A stretch of DNA of 64,000 bases. It comes from Callorhinchus milii. Taxonomy: Eukaryota. The stretch spans positions 48,362,001 to 48,426,000 of the forward strand of contig NW_024704742.1 of assembly GCF_018977255.1 (NCBI RefSeq). Reading direction: 5' to 3'. Both the position numbers and the translations under genes were made by a program. Within the stretch, counting starts at the first letter, position 1, and every line of letters begins with the position of its first letter. Positions 1-12,336 of the stretch are shown here, piece by piece. The notes below the pieces were generated by a model. That model did not search any database. It was not told the origin of the DNA and worked only from the letters and a program-made list of their open reading frames with translations.

Positions 1-2261
1 TTCATACCAGCTGTTCATTTTTAATTTAGCCACAGAGTTTATAATGGGAAAGTATTCCCAGTTGCAAAACCGATTCCCCTCCTTCGTTGGCTGTGTATTT
101 CAATTTCAAAAGATGGAAGGATAACAGCCTTGTCTAAGAGTTGTGCATGTAAAGCTGTCAAGCCAATGAGAAGCTATATATTGAAGATAAAAAGCAGGAA
201 AGGAACTTTGTGCCTGATCAGCAGTTTCTTTGGAAATAATCAAAGAAATTTTAAAAGAATTATAATCCTTCCATTATTCTGTGGCAAAAGGTCTCTTGTG
301 TGCTCTCACAGAGACAGACAAGGTGGGAAAGTGAGACAGACAGTAACACAGATAAGAAATTATGAGGGGGAAAGAAGGAATAATAGTATATGATATGAAA
401 ATTACCACAAGGACAGAAAATGTGATCATTTGTGTCCTTAAAAACTCTTCCTCTGCAATGAAGTATAGAATGGAACATCCCCTCACCGGCTTCTGAAGAA
501 TGTTTCCCCCTTGCGAAGGTTGGGAAAATCTTTCCTTGGGGCAAGAAAACATGGATTCTGCACTTCTTCACCAGATTGTGGCTAAGAATAATTTGAAAGT
601 AAAAAATTGTAGTTAAAAATCCATTGTTTTAAGGTGCATGCCCCAGCCTCCACTACCATTCTTTGATGGAACCATTTCAAAACATTCACATATGTATGGA
701 ATATCATTTGACACAAGTGCTCTTTGGAAGACGAGAGACAGCATAAAAGCATCAGAGACACAGTCCATTTTCACGATTCATTGATGCCACATTTCGAGTC
801 TCCAGAACCATAAGGCAAAGGAACCTTCCAAGCAGTGCTAAATTTATGCTGATAAGTAATTCTCTGAGGGATTTGACTTCTTGTACGTGGTGTAGGAGGT
901 GAAGGCAGCACCACTCTTTACTTCCCACTCTGTCACTTTCATGGTGATAACTAGTTTGATAATAGTTCCTTGTGTCCTGAATAAAGTATTTATGGTATGG
1001 TTTTATGTGTTATTTGTACATCAAATGGCATAACAGGGGAATGAAACCAGACAGCTTAACAAAGACAGCTATGTCGTAAAATTGATCCGGATTTGTGCAT
1101 GCTCCAACACCCATAGTTTATTTCAGGACAAGTAATCCTGAGTTTAAATTGTGTATTCAGAGACCTATGATTGCTGGTACTGTGGATTCACTCCATTCAC
1201 TTCGTGCACACAGTTGTTTTCAAATTGAGAGTACGTTGATATTCTGACCATAGATATCTCTCCTGATATGAAAACTCAGAAATCTCAGTCAGATAGATAG
1301 AACAATGCAAAGGTGGCAGAAGGCACAGCTTATCTGTGTGCTCTGGGATACTATCCTACCAGCGGGGCACTATATAAATGCAAGTTGCTGTTGTTGTTGT
1401 TATCTTTGCTACCTTTGGCGCTGCTGCTTCCAGAGGTGGAAGGAAACCCACCCACCTACATGTGAGGCAATCAGTACCCCTGAATCATATCTTTTTTTGA
1501 GCCAAGCTAATCCTATTTTCCTACTCACTGCCATATTTTAAATATACCTCCGCTGCAAGAATCTATCTAATTCCCTTGTATAGTTGACTCAATTTGGCTG
1601 GTTATGTCTGCCCTGGGGCTAACTCCCCTGTGCCCAAACTAGAACTATATGTCTAATCCAAGTGCATATAACATTGGCTACTATGATATGGTTCCTGTTA
1701 CCGCTTATGCTCTCTTATCCTTTGATGAGCTGGAGCACAGTTCCACTATTATATTATTGGACTGGTTTTGTTCAGCAAACCTGGTCCACACAGTTCATTT
1801 CATACTGAAACCAATTCTGCTGAGGATTTAGAAGAATTTATCATTATCACATTAAACTGTTTCAAAATGTTTTAATTTAACCATTCTTCATTGCAGTTAC
1901 TGACCCAAAAAAGGAAACCTGGACTATGATTTCTGATAGGTGACTTGAGGCCAGATATGAGAGTGCTACCAAATGAGCCAGCTGACTTTAGGGCAATTTC
2001 TCAAGCTTCACTGGAGAAATAACATCAATAATATCAACTTAATTTGTATTTTATTTTCCTTCCTCCGTTGGGTTATTTGTTAAAAAAATCACAATACTTT
2101 ACGTATACCGTGAAGCATTTCGAGACATCTCGACGATGTGATAAGAATCTATAGAAAATGCAATAATGTTCTTTTATTGATGGTCAGTGACAAGTGGTAT
2201 ACCCCAGGGATAGGTGGTGGGGCCCCATCTTTTCATCCTATATATTAATGACCTGAATATA

Positions 2262-2590
2262 ATAATAATAATCATTGCATTTGATGTAGCATCTTATCAT
2301 GCCGTTGAGATGTCTCAAGTGCTTCACAGAATATACTGTAAAGTAAATTGACTGTATATTTTGTGGGCGAAACAAAGCAGCCAATTGCGCACAGCAATGT
2401 CCCACAAACAGTCGTGGATTGCATGACCAAATTCTTCTTATTATTTTTTTTGAAGGGATTATTACCCACTGAAAGTATTCTGTCTATCGACGAACAAGTG
2501 GGTTCTTACTTACTGCTAGGTAAACAGAGATATATGGATTAAGAGAGCTTGCCTAGGGTTTTGCCCTGCCCAGGTCCTCTCGCTTGCAAG
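2262..2590 (-). mobile_element. tRNA-derived SINE family A, partial, inserted among CR1 RT remnants (about 2175-2258 and 2595-2760)
   Basis: Reverse complement of the family-A body with (AAT)n tail. Flanks read as degenerate CR1 RT sequence (GIPQG..GP and SKLSDNTK). Confidence 0.8.
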
Positions 2591-4291
2591 GAATAGAGGG
2601 AATTATTTCTAAATTGTCAGATAATACTAAGCAGGGAAGTATCGTAAATTGTGAAAAGATCATACAAAAATGCAAAGACATAGATAGTTTAAAGATTGGG
2701 AATACAATGGCAAATTAAGTTTAATATTGGATGGAATATTGGAGCTGAGAGTATTTCCGAAATGAAGAAGCACTAGGAGGAATAGATTGAGATCTTCAAT
2801 TCATTAATTTATTTAAAATTACATTTTGAGGTGCATTTGGATAAGGACCGTATATGAGTCAGAATGAACAGAAAAAAATGTTTGATTGAAATAATGGCAG
2901 GAAAGAGTTATGTTATTAATAATTCAATTAAATTTTCTTAGTCATTATTCCCAATTGTTCTTGGTGCATAACATGAAAATATAAAGTATAAACACAAAGA
3001 AAAAAAATTACATTGACGGGATTTGAAAATCTCTTCTCCTACCTCCCTTTGTGCCTCAAACACATTTTGCTTTTTGGTGAGTTTCACCCACAAATACACT
3101 GTCAATTCACTTTATAGTGTATCCTGTGAAGTGCTTTGAGACATCTCAATGATGTGATAAGGTGCTATATCAAATGCAAAGATTATTATTATTATTAAAC
3201 CATAAATGTGTCCACTCCATTTTTCAATGCCTATGTTCAGTGCAATGGGAAAATCCCTCTAAAAACTCACACCAACCTCAAAAGTCAACAAATTTAACAA
3301 TGACCCCTTAATCTCGGAATCCATTGTTTGCATGTTTCACTTAAAATCTCCACTGTTCTTGTTTACTGAATGCAAAAAAATTCAGTTAAACTGAGCAGGT
3401 CTTAATATTTAATACCACTGAACTTGTTAATGTAAGTGAGTGTGCCATGAGCCTTTTACTTGAATCTTTTAAAGCCGCATAATGTTTGTGATTTTAACAA
3501 ATGCATCAGGAGCTTTCAACGATAAAATCTTCCTCATGTCACCAAGGAAATAAATAGGACCCTCAGTAATCTTTGTGCATAGAAAATACAAAGCACTTGA
3601 AATATTTTCTCTATACATATGTAAGTTATCATCTGTGTACATATGTCTGAAATGCTTATGGCCAACAATTCCACTTGCCCCACTCATTCATGCTATTTGA
3701 TATGATCATAATTTAATAAATGCAATAAAAAAACTTAAAAATACGTCCTCCCGATGTGAAAGGTCCTTTACAAATGTAATTTTGTTGTTGTTTTGTTGTT
3801 AAACTGCTTTGGGCTCTGGTAAGAAATGCCATAGGAACAGGAGGAGACCTTCAGCCCATTGATCCTGTGTTTCCATTTTATTAGATTGTGACAGATCTTT
3901 CAATCTAATTTTTCTGTCTTTCCTACATATCCCTGAATACCCTTATGTCCCAAGGTTTATTTATGTCCCTTTTAAATATCGTAATTGATTCTATACATAC
4001 AGCCTTCTGTGCAAGTGTTTTACGATTTAGTATAAGCACAAGCACATGCCGAGGTAATAAGGAAACAGCATGAAATTGAGATTAAATGGATGGCTTCTTA
4101 GAGGAGCAAGCACCTACATGAAAAAATGGGCTGACTGGTTTCCTATTGTGTTGTACATTTCTGTAGTTCTATAGCAACCATACTGTTAAGCAACAACATC
4201 AGCAGGCTGACATCAACCCATGCCAATTTTATCATAGAACTGCTTTCCGTGTTTATTGTAAGTCATAAGGAACCCTATTATGGATAAACTC

Positions 4292-4687
4292 GTGGAATCC
4301 TGTAGCTTAGTGATTAGAGCACTCACCTCACAAGCGAGAAACCTAGGTTCGATTCCTGACAAGGGAAACTTTGGGCAAGTTTCCTTGCTCCACACGCCTC
4401 TGTTTACCTAGCAGTAAGTCAGAACCCGGTTGTTAGTCGATTGGTGGATCGCTTTTCCGGGGGGGTAATAATCCCTTCAAAAAATAATAATGATAAATAA
4501 AATAATAATAATAATAATTTGGTCACTCAATCCATGACTGTTTTTGGGACATTGCTGTGCGCAATTGGCTACTGTGTTTCACCCACAAAATACAGTCAAT
4601 TCACTTCACAGTGTATTCTGTGAAGCGCTTTGAGACATCTCAAAGTCAGGATAAGGTGCAATTTCAAATGCAAGGATTATTATTATT
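4292..4687 (+). mobile_element. tRNA-derived SINE family A, near full length
   Basis: A box tagcttagtg, B box ggttcgattcc, central ttgggcaagtttcctt...gcctctgtttacctagcagtaag, AAT-rich linker, L2-type stem-loop tail and (ATT)n end. Confidence 0.9.
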
Positions 4688-5375
4688 AGAATATAATATT
4701 ACAATTGCTAATCCACACCATCATCACAGATATAATTTTGAAAATACCAAAATATTAATTTAAGCAGTTAGAGGAAACATAGCACAATATAAATGTGCCT
4801 GCCATGCAGTACTTTTCCCAGTTTTTTATTTAGTGTCTAAGCGCTCTGTGACTGTACTCCACATGAAGGGCACTATATTAATGCAATTTGTTGTTGTTAA
4901 GGTGGAATTGCCATGTTGCGGTCAGTTCTTATTGATGTGTCTATGACAACCGCAGATTCTGAGCATTCCATGTTTTTTTTAAATAAACGTTTAGACATAA
5001 GTTTAACATATTTGCTACATAGGAACCTACAACTTGCATTTTATGAAATTTTGACTAATGCAACCATAGAAGGGTTTTAGGATTTGAAGCAACTTTGGCC
5101 TTTAAAGTGCTTTCACAATGTCCTCCCGATGTGAAAGGAGCTATACAAATGTAATTTGTTGTTGTTACAAAATAGCAGCAAATATGTCATATAGCTACGT
5201 TAAACAATTATTGACAAAAAGACAATTGGAAAGTTGTACTCTTTCCAGCTACCTTAATAAATAACCAGGAGGTAACAGGGAATATTTTGGCAGAGCTTTC
5301 CTTAGGTAGCTAGAAAAAGCAGGATACAGTCCGTGATACAGTAGGTTTTGCAAGCTACATGGAAGGAACAATCTT

Positions 5376-6003
5376 ACAACAACAACAACAACAAGATTCC
5401 ATTTATAAAGCGCCTTTCACGTCAGGAGGACGTCCCAAGGCGCTGCACAGTTGGGTCATGACCCGAGCAGGGGGAAATGGTCAGGGTGAGGGGAGGGAGG
5501 GAGGGGGGGGGAAATGGTCAGGGTGAGGGGAGGGAAGGGAGGGAGCGAGGAGGGGGAAATGGTCAGGGTGAGGGGAGGGAAGGGAGGGAGCGAGGAGGGG
5601 GAAGAGAGTCGAGAGGGGAGCTGAAGGCACGGTCAAAGAGAAAGGTTTTGAGACCGGCCTTGAAGGAGGAAAGGGAGGAAGCAAGGCGAAGGCACTGGGG
5701 GATAGAGTTCCAGAGCCTCGGGGCTGAGAGGCTGAAGGCCCGACCACCGATGGTAGGGCGGTTGGGGCGGGGGACGTGGAGCAGACCAGAGCCAGAGGAA
5801 CGGAGGGTACGGGCAGGTAGGTAGGGGGATAGTAGGTTGGAGAGGTAGGAGGGAGCAAGGCCGTGAATGGCCTTGTAGGTGAGGATGAGGATCTTGAATT
5901 CGATCCTCTGGGGGATGGGGAGCCAGTGGAGGCGAGCGAGGGTGGGAGTGATGTGGTCGCGAAGCCTGGTGCGGGACAGTACACGAGCTGCAGAGTTCTG
6001 AAT
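5376..6003 (-). mobile_element. Young 5'-truncated L2 LINE
   Basis: C-terminal L2 ORF2 sequence (RIEFKILILTYKA..., AFSLSAPRLWN...FKAGLKT), a pyrimidine-rich 3' UTR with internal tandem repeats, a stem-loop and a (TTG)n tail. Confidence 0.92.
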
Positions 6004-6179
6004 GGGTCAAATGGACTTTTTGCATTATATCCTTTCTATTTTGCCCACAAAACACACAGTCGCTCACCTTTACAATATATCCTTTGGAATATCCTTTGCT
6101 TTGGGAAGTGCTTTGGGATGTCCTACCAATGTGAAAGGCACTGTAGCAAATGTAAGGATTATTATTACTATAACACCAG

Positions 6180-6440
6180 CAACAACAAATTGCATTTATA
6201 TAGGTTTTTTTTACATCAGGAGAATGTCCCAGGGCTCTGGGCAGTTGAGGGATTGCACCCGAGCTGGGGTTTGGCTTAACGGAGGTGGGGCAAAGGGGAG
6301 CTGGAAAATGACTGAAGCTTCAGTCAAGAGGAAGGTCTTGAGACAGAAATTGAAGGAGGCATGGGAAGAGTGAGACGGACTCCGGGATGGAGTCCAGAGG
6401 GTGGTGGCAGAGAGGCTAAAGGCCCGACTGCTGATGGTGG
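6180..6440 (-). mobile_element. Older L2 3' fragment
   Basis: RAFSLSATTLW...ASFNFCLKTFL plus the tail. Confidence 0.75.
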
Positions 6441-8394
6441 AGTGTGCATCCATGGTGCTGTCAGTGCCTGTGGTGAGAAAGCGCTGACGAGAGCCAAGCA
6501 GGAGTTCTTGTTGACATTTAAATGGAGAAAGGTAGCTTTCAACCAGTACTTGGTTGACAGGCAGCAGTGGCTCTGGAATCGTGTCTCTGCTTCCATATGG
6601 AAGTTAACCCCATGTCTGCTTATAACTAATATTTGGTCACCAAATCGAAAATGAAAATGGTGTGGGCATCCCAGGAAGTTGTGCAAATATATTACACAAT
6701 TGATGGAACAAATTAACCTCACAGGGATGTTGCTGATGGCACCAGTGACTTTCAAGGCAACAATGTAGAATATTTGTTACTGCCTCAAAGGATCTGGAGT
6801 CCAAGGGATCCACCAGCAAAAAAAAATAGACAATTGCCACTTAAGATGGAACCAAACATTTTTCTTGTCAATGGTAACCTGAGCAACACAGCAAGCCCAC
6901 ACTGGCCAATAAAGCAACTTTTTTACTTGCTCACTGCTCTGCATTCTGTGAAGCGCTATGAGATGTCTCGAAGACAAATGCAAAGATTATTATTATTACA
7001 GTAATTATTATTCCAGACTTTGCCCAGTAATGGGGGATGACACAAAAAAAGTTGTGAATCAGGAATTAAGAAACAACTTTGTAAGCAGCAATTCTGAAAT
7101 ATAGCTACAAAATGAATTGTCTGGCAGACATTACCAATTGTTTGCTTCTCCTCCCTGTCCACAGCACCCACCAAATGTGTCTCTTGGGTAATTTATAGCT
7201 AAGGTGCTGTCAATTGACAGCACTCTGCTATCTTGCTATTTTCAGATACATTTTAAAAATCTATATGCCTAATTATTATACATTTGAACTCTGCAGAAAA
7301 TCCAATTAACATTTATGGGAGCCTGGTGTAATTTTGTAGATCTAATCTATAATTAGTCTACTTCATCCCTCGAGTCTTGGAAACAAATTTTAAAAAGGGC
7401 CTGAAAACAGGAATCAATCATTTCTCCCAGATCAGCATTAGTTCTTAAATTAAATTAGTAGAAAATCTACATGATATCTGTCTCTCATCCTTGATGATGG
7501 ATGAATCATGTTTCATCAAGAAATGGTGTGCAGCAGAGAACCCAGCACCTGCACTGAGTGGGACCAGTCTTATCGCAGATGTGTAAACAGTGTGAATAAT
7601 CAGTCTGTATTTTTGTCTGTGTGTCTTTTGCTTCCATCTGTTATTATGTTTATCTCTAGCTTTGCTTCTCCAAATGTCTGAGAATGTCTCTCTCTCTAAT
7701 CCTCTGCCTCTCTAACTGTCTGTCCAAAAGTCTCTCTCTTTCGCTAGAATCTGTATTTATCTGGATCTTTTATTTATCTTGTGCTGCTGTTTCAGTCCCG
7801 CTCCTTAAAAAACCTGATCCTGGACACATCGTGCACCCGTAACTAAATAAATTACCAACATCACAGTCTGTTGTGACTTTTACTACCTGATGCAGAAATC
7901 AGGCATGTGAATAGTCAGCATGTGAACCACTATATAATAATAATCCCCACAGAATTCACGACTGTGTATTTCTAGTTAAACACAGCAGTCAATTTGCACA
8001 TAGCAATGTACCACCCACAGTCAAGAAGTGAATGGCCGATTGTATTGGGGGAAATGTTGATCAGGACACCGGAAGAAACTAATTTCTGTTTTTTTTGGCA
8101 GCTGGCTGTGTGGCACATGCAGAAACCCATCACCATGCTTAAGAGGATTTGAATCCAAACTAAGACTTTGAGTCCCCTAGAGTGTGGGTTGGGGTACTGC
8201 TGAAGTGTAACCAGCTAAAACTGCATAGCTTGCCATTGGCCACTGTTTGGTAACCTTTCCAACTGCTTTTCGCACTCAGATCACACTAACCATTATGGCT
8301 TTGATTTGCAGAGTTAATGAGGAAGGAATCCTTGCTCCCAATGACTGATCTCTCTTCCATGTCCTGCTGGTTGGAATGTTATCTGTGTCATTGG

Positions 8395-8645
8395 AGATGG
8401 CATCTTTTGGATGAGATATAAACCAAGGTCCATCTGTCTCTCCCAGTGTCCTGGTTAATAATCCCCCCAAATAAAAATGGCCATTCACTCCATGACTGTT
8501 GTGGGACATTACTGTATGCAAAATTGGCTGCTGTGTTCACCTACAAATACACAATCACACCACTTTACAGTACATCCTGTGAAGCACTTTTAGAGTTCTT
8601 GATGACTTGAGAAGCTGCTATATCAAATGCAAGGATTATTATTGT
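8395..8645 (+). mobile_element. Deu-domain SINE (family B) fragment
   Basis: ttttggatgagatataaaccaagg..., then the shared 3' body and tail. Confidence 0.7.
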
Positions 8646-8994
8646 GAAAATAATTGTCACTTTGTTTTTAAACACTATTGTAATTTTTCTTTCTTTATGG
8701 ATCTCAAGATTCCAACATGCAATTGTTACAAATAACATTTGATTTGATTTATAATTACAATTTATAATCATGTAGTGACTTTTGATGATACTGCACAAAG
8801 AAGATTTTAAAAGAGATATCAACTATTCGATTTCCTGTGTGGGGGACAATTGCCAATGTGTGTTCACCCAATACCTAAGTGAAGGGTGCTATATAAATGC
8901 AACAACAATTTGCATTTATGTAGCACCCTTTAATACGGGTGGCATCTGGAGTTACTGTTGTTACGAATTTAAATAACAGACTCACAGGAAGTTA

Positions 8995-9270
8995 CCTGTC
9001 ACCCCCATCCTCATCCAACTCCATTGGCTTCTAGTCTCACAGAGGATACATTTCAAAATCCTGGTCCTCACCTTCAAAGCCCTCCATGGTCTTGCTCCCC
9101 CCCTACCTCTGTGACCTCCTAACCCCCTACCATCCTACTTGCTCCCTCTGCTCAGCAGGCTCCGGCCTTCTTCACGTCCCCCGCCTTGTCCGCCCCACTA
9201 TTGGCTGGTGGGTCTTCTGCCACTCCACCCCCACCCTCTGGAACTCCATCCTGCAATCCCTCCGGCTCAG
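8995..9270 (+). mobile_element. L2 fragment
   Basis: VTPILIQLHWL...IHFKILVLTFKALHGLAPPYL...TLWNS; cut by the opposite-strand L2 tail at 9271. Confidence 0.85.
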
Positions 9271-10620
9271 CAACAACAACAACAAAATTACATTTATAGA
9301 GCAACTTTCATGTCAGGAGGACGTCCCAAGGCCCTGGACAGTCAGGGGTCAGGACCTGAGCATGGGGGAGAGGTGGAGTAGGGGTGAGGGAAGGCAGAGA
9401 GGTGGGAGGGTGACCGAAGGCACGATCGAAGAGGAGGGTCTTGAGACCGGCCTTGAAGGATGCGAGGGAGGAAGTGAGGCGAAGAGACTGTGGAATGGAG
9501 TTCTGGAGTGTGGGGGCAGAGAGGCTGAAAGCCCGGCCACCGATGGTGGGGTGGGTCGGGCGGGAGACATGGAGCAGGCCAGAGCCCGATGAACAGAGGG
9601 AGTGGGCAGGTTGGTAGGGAGTCAGCAGGTCAGAGAGGTAGGAGGGGGCAAGGCCATGGATGGCCTTGAAAGTGAGGATGAGGATCTTGAATTCGATCCT
9701 CTGATAGATGGGGAACCAGTGGAATCGGGCGAGGGTGGGAGTGATGGGGTCACGGAGCCTGGTGCGTGAGAGTACACGAGCTGCAGAGTTTTGGATGATC
9801 TGCAGCTTGTGAAGGGAAGAGTTGGGAAGGCCGATGAGAAGGAAGTTTCCATAATCGAGCCTTGATGTGATGAATGTGTAGGTGAGGGTTTCGGCAGCCT
9901 GAGGGGTGAGGCAGTGGCGGAATCTGGCAATGTTGTGGAGGTGGTGGTAGGCAGTGCTGGTCAGGGCGTGGATGTGGGGGAGAAAGGACAGTTCCGGGTC
10001 AAACAAGATACCCAGGTTCCTGACTGACTTAGTGAGGTTGAGTGTGTAGCCGTGGAGGCTGATGCTGCCAGGGCCTGAGGTGCGGAGGCGCTGGCGCGAG
10101 CCAATCAGGAGGGCCTCGGTCTTTCTGATGTTCAGCTGGAGAAAGTTGTCCCTAGTCCAGGACTTGATGTCGGACAGGCAGTCGGTCAGGACGCCAGTAG
10201 TCCTGGAGTTGAGGGTGGAGGCAGAGAGATAGAGTTGGGTGTGATCCGCATTCATGTGGAAATTTACGCCATGTCTGCGGATGATGCCACCAAGGGGAGC
10301 ATGTAGAGGGTGAAGAGTAGGGGACCGAGGACAGAACCCTGAGGAACACTGCATGAGACGTTGCGGGGGCTGGAGGAGAAGCCGTTTGCAGAGATGAAGT
10401 GGAGGCGGTGTGAAAGGTAGGACCTGAACCAGTCAAGGACAGAACCTTGAAGGTTGAGGTGGGAGGAGAGGCCGATGAGGAGGCAGAGGGAGCCCTGGTC
10501 ACACATGGTCAGGATGTCATTTGTGACCTTGACCAGAGCAGTGGGCAGCACAGAATCCCGATTGAAGGGGCTCATGTCGGGAATGGGAAGAGAGGAAAGA
10601 GTGAAGCTGGGTGGTGATGG
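9271..10620 (-). mobile_element. L2 LINE, 5'-truncated, with RT fragment
   Basis: ORFs 10264-10974 and 9308-10354 carry TALVKVTND, VPQGSVLGP, a degenerate YADD (NADHTQLY), VRNLG, SRLDYGN and HWFPI; (TTG)n tail. Confidence 0.95.
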
Positions 10621-10624
10621 CTCT

Positions 10625-10950
10625 CTCAAGGACCTTATACAGAAGGTCTCACCCCCTCCCTTGCCACCTTCAACACCCATCTCATGACACTCCTCTTCGA
10701 TCACCCTCTTTCTCCCCCCCCGCCCTCCACCCTCCCCCACCTCTGTCTGTCCAGCACCTTGGGATGTCCTCCCGACATCATCATAATAATCCTTGCATTT
10801 GATATAGCGCTTTTCACGTCTTCTCGACGTCTCAAAGCGCTTCACAGAATAGACTGTAAAGTGAATTGACTGCGTATTTGTGGGCGAAACGCGGCGGCCA
10901 ATTGCGCACAGCAGATATGAAAGGCGCTTTACAAATATAATGTTGTTGTT
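10625..10950 (+). mobile_element. L2 3' end interrupted by an antisense SINE tail (10779-10913)
   Basis: The L2 UTR ...gggatgtcctcccgacat is followed by the SINE reverse complement, then gatatgaaaggcgctttacaaatataatgttgttgtt. Confidence 0.85.
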
Positions 10951-11059
10951 GGTGCAGCTGCAGAGGATGGACATGTTTCTGAATTCCCGTTGCCAAGCAG
11001 GTCACCTTGGAGCAAGCCCTGCTCCCCCACTCAGCCCCTTCCTGGTGGAGCTCAGTGGT

Positions 11060-11930
11060 GTGTGGGGAGGGCAGGGCTGTATGGGAGTATGGAGAGGGTG
11101 GGGCTGGGGAGGGGGCGGAGCTGGGGTATGGGGAGGGTGGGGCTGTGAGGGTGTGTAGAGAGGGCGGGGCTGGGGGGAGTGTGGGGCTGGGGAGAGGGTG
11201 GGGCTGGGGAGGGGGCGGGGGAGGGGCGGGGCTGGAGAGGGGGCGGGGCTGGGGTGTGGGGAGGGTGGGGCTGTGAGGGTGTAGAGGGGGCGGGGCTGGG
11301 GAGGGGGCGGGGCTGAAGCGGGGCGGGGGCGGGGCTGAATCGGGGCGGGCTGGAAAGGGGGCGGGACTGGGGTATGTAGAGGGGGCGGGGCTGAGGACGG
11401 GGCGGGGCTGGAGTGTGGGGAGGGTGGGGCTGTGAGGGTGTAGAGAGGGCGGGGCTGGAGAGGGGCGGGGCTGGGAGGGGGCGGGGCTGGGGTATGGGGA
11501 GGGTGGGGCTGTGAGGGTGTAGAGGGGGCGGGGCTGGGGAGGGGGCGGGGCTGAAGCGGGGCGGGGGCGGGGCTGAATCGGGGCGGGGCTGGAAAGGGGG
11601 CGGGGCTGGAGTGTGGGGAGGGTGGGGCTGTGAGGGTGTAGAGAGGGCGGGGCTGGAGAGGGGGCGGGGCTGGGAGGGGCGGGGCTGGGGTATGGGGAGG
11701 GTGGGGCTGTGAGGGTGTAGAGGGGCGGGGCTGGGGAGGGGGCGGGGCTGGGGTATGGGGAGGGTGGGGCTGTGAGGGTGTAGAGGGGGCGGGGCTGGGG
11801 AGGGGGCGGGACTGGGGTATGTAGAGGGGGCGGGGCTGAAGACGGGGCGGGGCTGGGGTATGGGGAGGGTGGGGCTGTGAGGGTGTAGAGGGGGCGGGGC
11901 TGGGGAGGGGGCGGGGCTGGGGTATGGGAC
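11060..11930 (+). repeat. G-rich minisatellite with tandem GGGGCGGGGC boxes
   Basis: Recurrent units ggggcggggctggggtatggggagggtggggctgtgagggtgtagag, with variants carrying gctgaagcggggcgggggcggggctgaatcgg. Confidence 0.95.
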
Positions 11931-12305
11931 GCCGGAGGCGGAGCACCAGTTCCGGGAGGCACCTGTGACCACGTGCACCTCAGGGCAGAGCCGCGCGAGC
12001 TCCAGCCGCTCCACTCGACGCCAGCGTTACCATGGGAGCCGCTCGCGCCAGGCGCGGCAAACACCAGAGAAAGGGAGGGAGCTGCACGAAAGGCGCGAAG
12101 TAAACGGTTCAGTTTCTTCGAAAAGGCTTCGAGAGTTACAGATATTGAATTATTTATCAGCTGTACTGTTGTTGTCTTCCGTCGCCTCAAACGGAAGGCG
12201 GGGCAGGTATGTAAGGGGCTGCTCCCCCCCCCCCCCCCTCTCGCACTCCCGGGAGCGGTGGTAAAGTCCAGATTTGAATGAAACCGCCCAGAGCGCGCGC
12301 TCCGC
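11928..12305 (+). promoter_or_regulatory. CpG island; probable NSUN7 promoter and non-coding exon 1 (candidate donor CAG|GTATGT at 12207)
   Basis: The only non-repetitive GC- and CpG-dense patch upstream of the first coding exon, which has an acceptor and so needs an upstream exon. Contains E-box CACGTG (11970-11975) and X-box-like GTTACCATGG (12026-12035). The TSS cannot be fixed from sequence alone. Confidence 0.6.
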
Positions 12306-12336
12306 TCATTGTCACATCTGAGAGGTACACAGTGGG

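Noticed and set aside
130..571. Short overlapping ORFs as exons of a neighbouring gene
   Set aside because: No recognisable protein similarity and no consistent splice-site pairing found.
4937..4950. Second X-box-like sequence GTGTCTATGACAAC
   Set aside because: Isolated, about 7 kb from the candidate promoter and among repeat fragments; one degenerate motif is not enough support.
11002..12014. Proline-rich extensin-like ORFs
   Set aside because: They are translations of the C-rich strand of the G-rich minisatellite.
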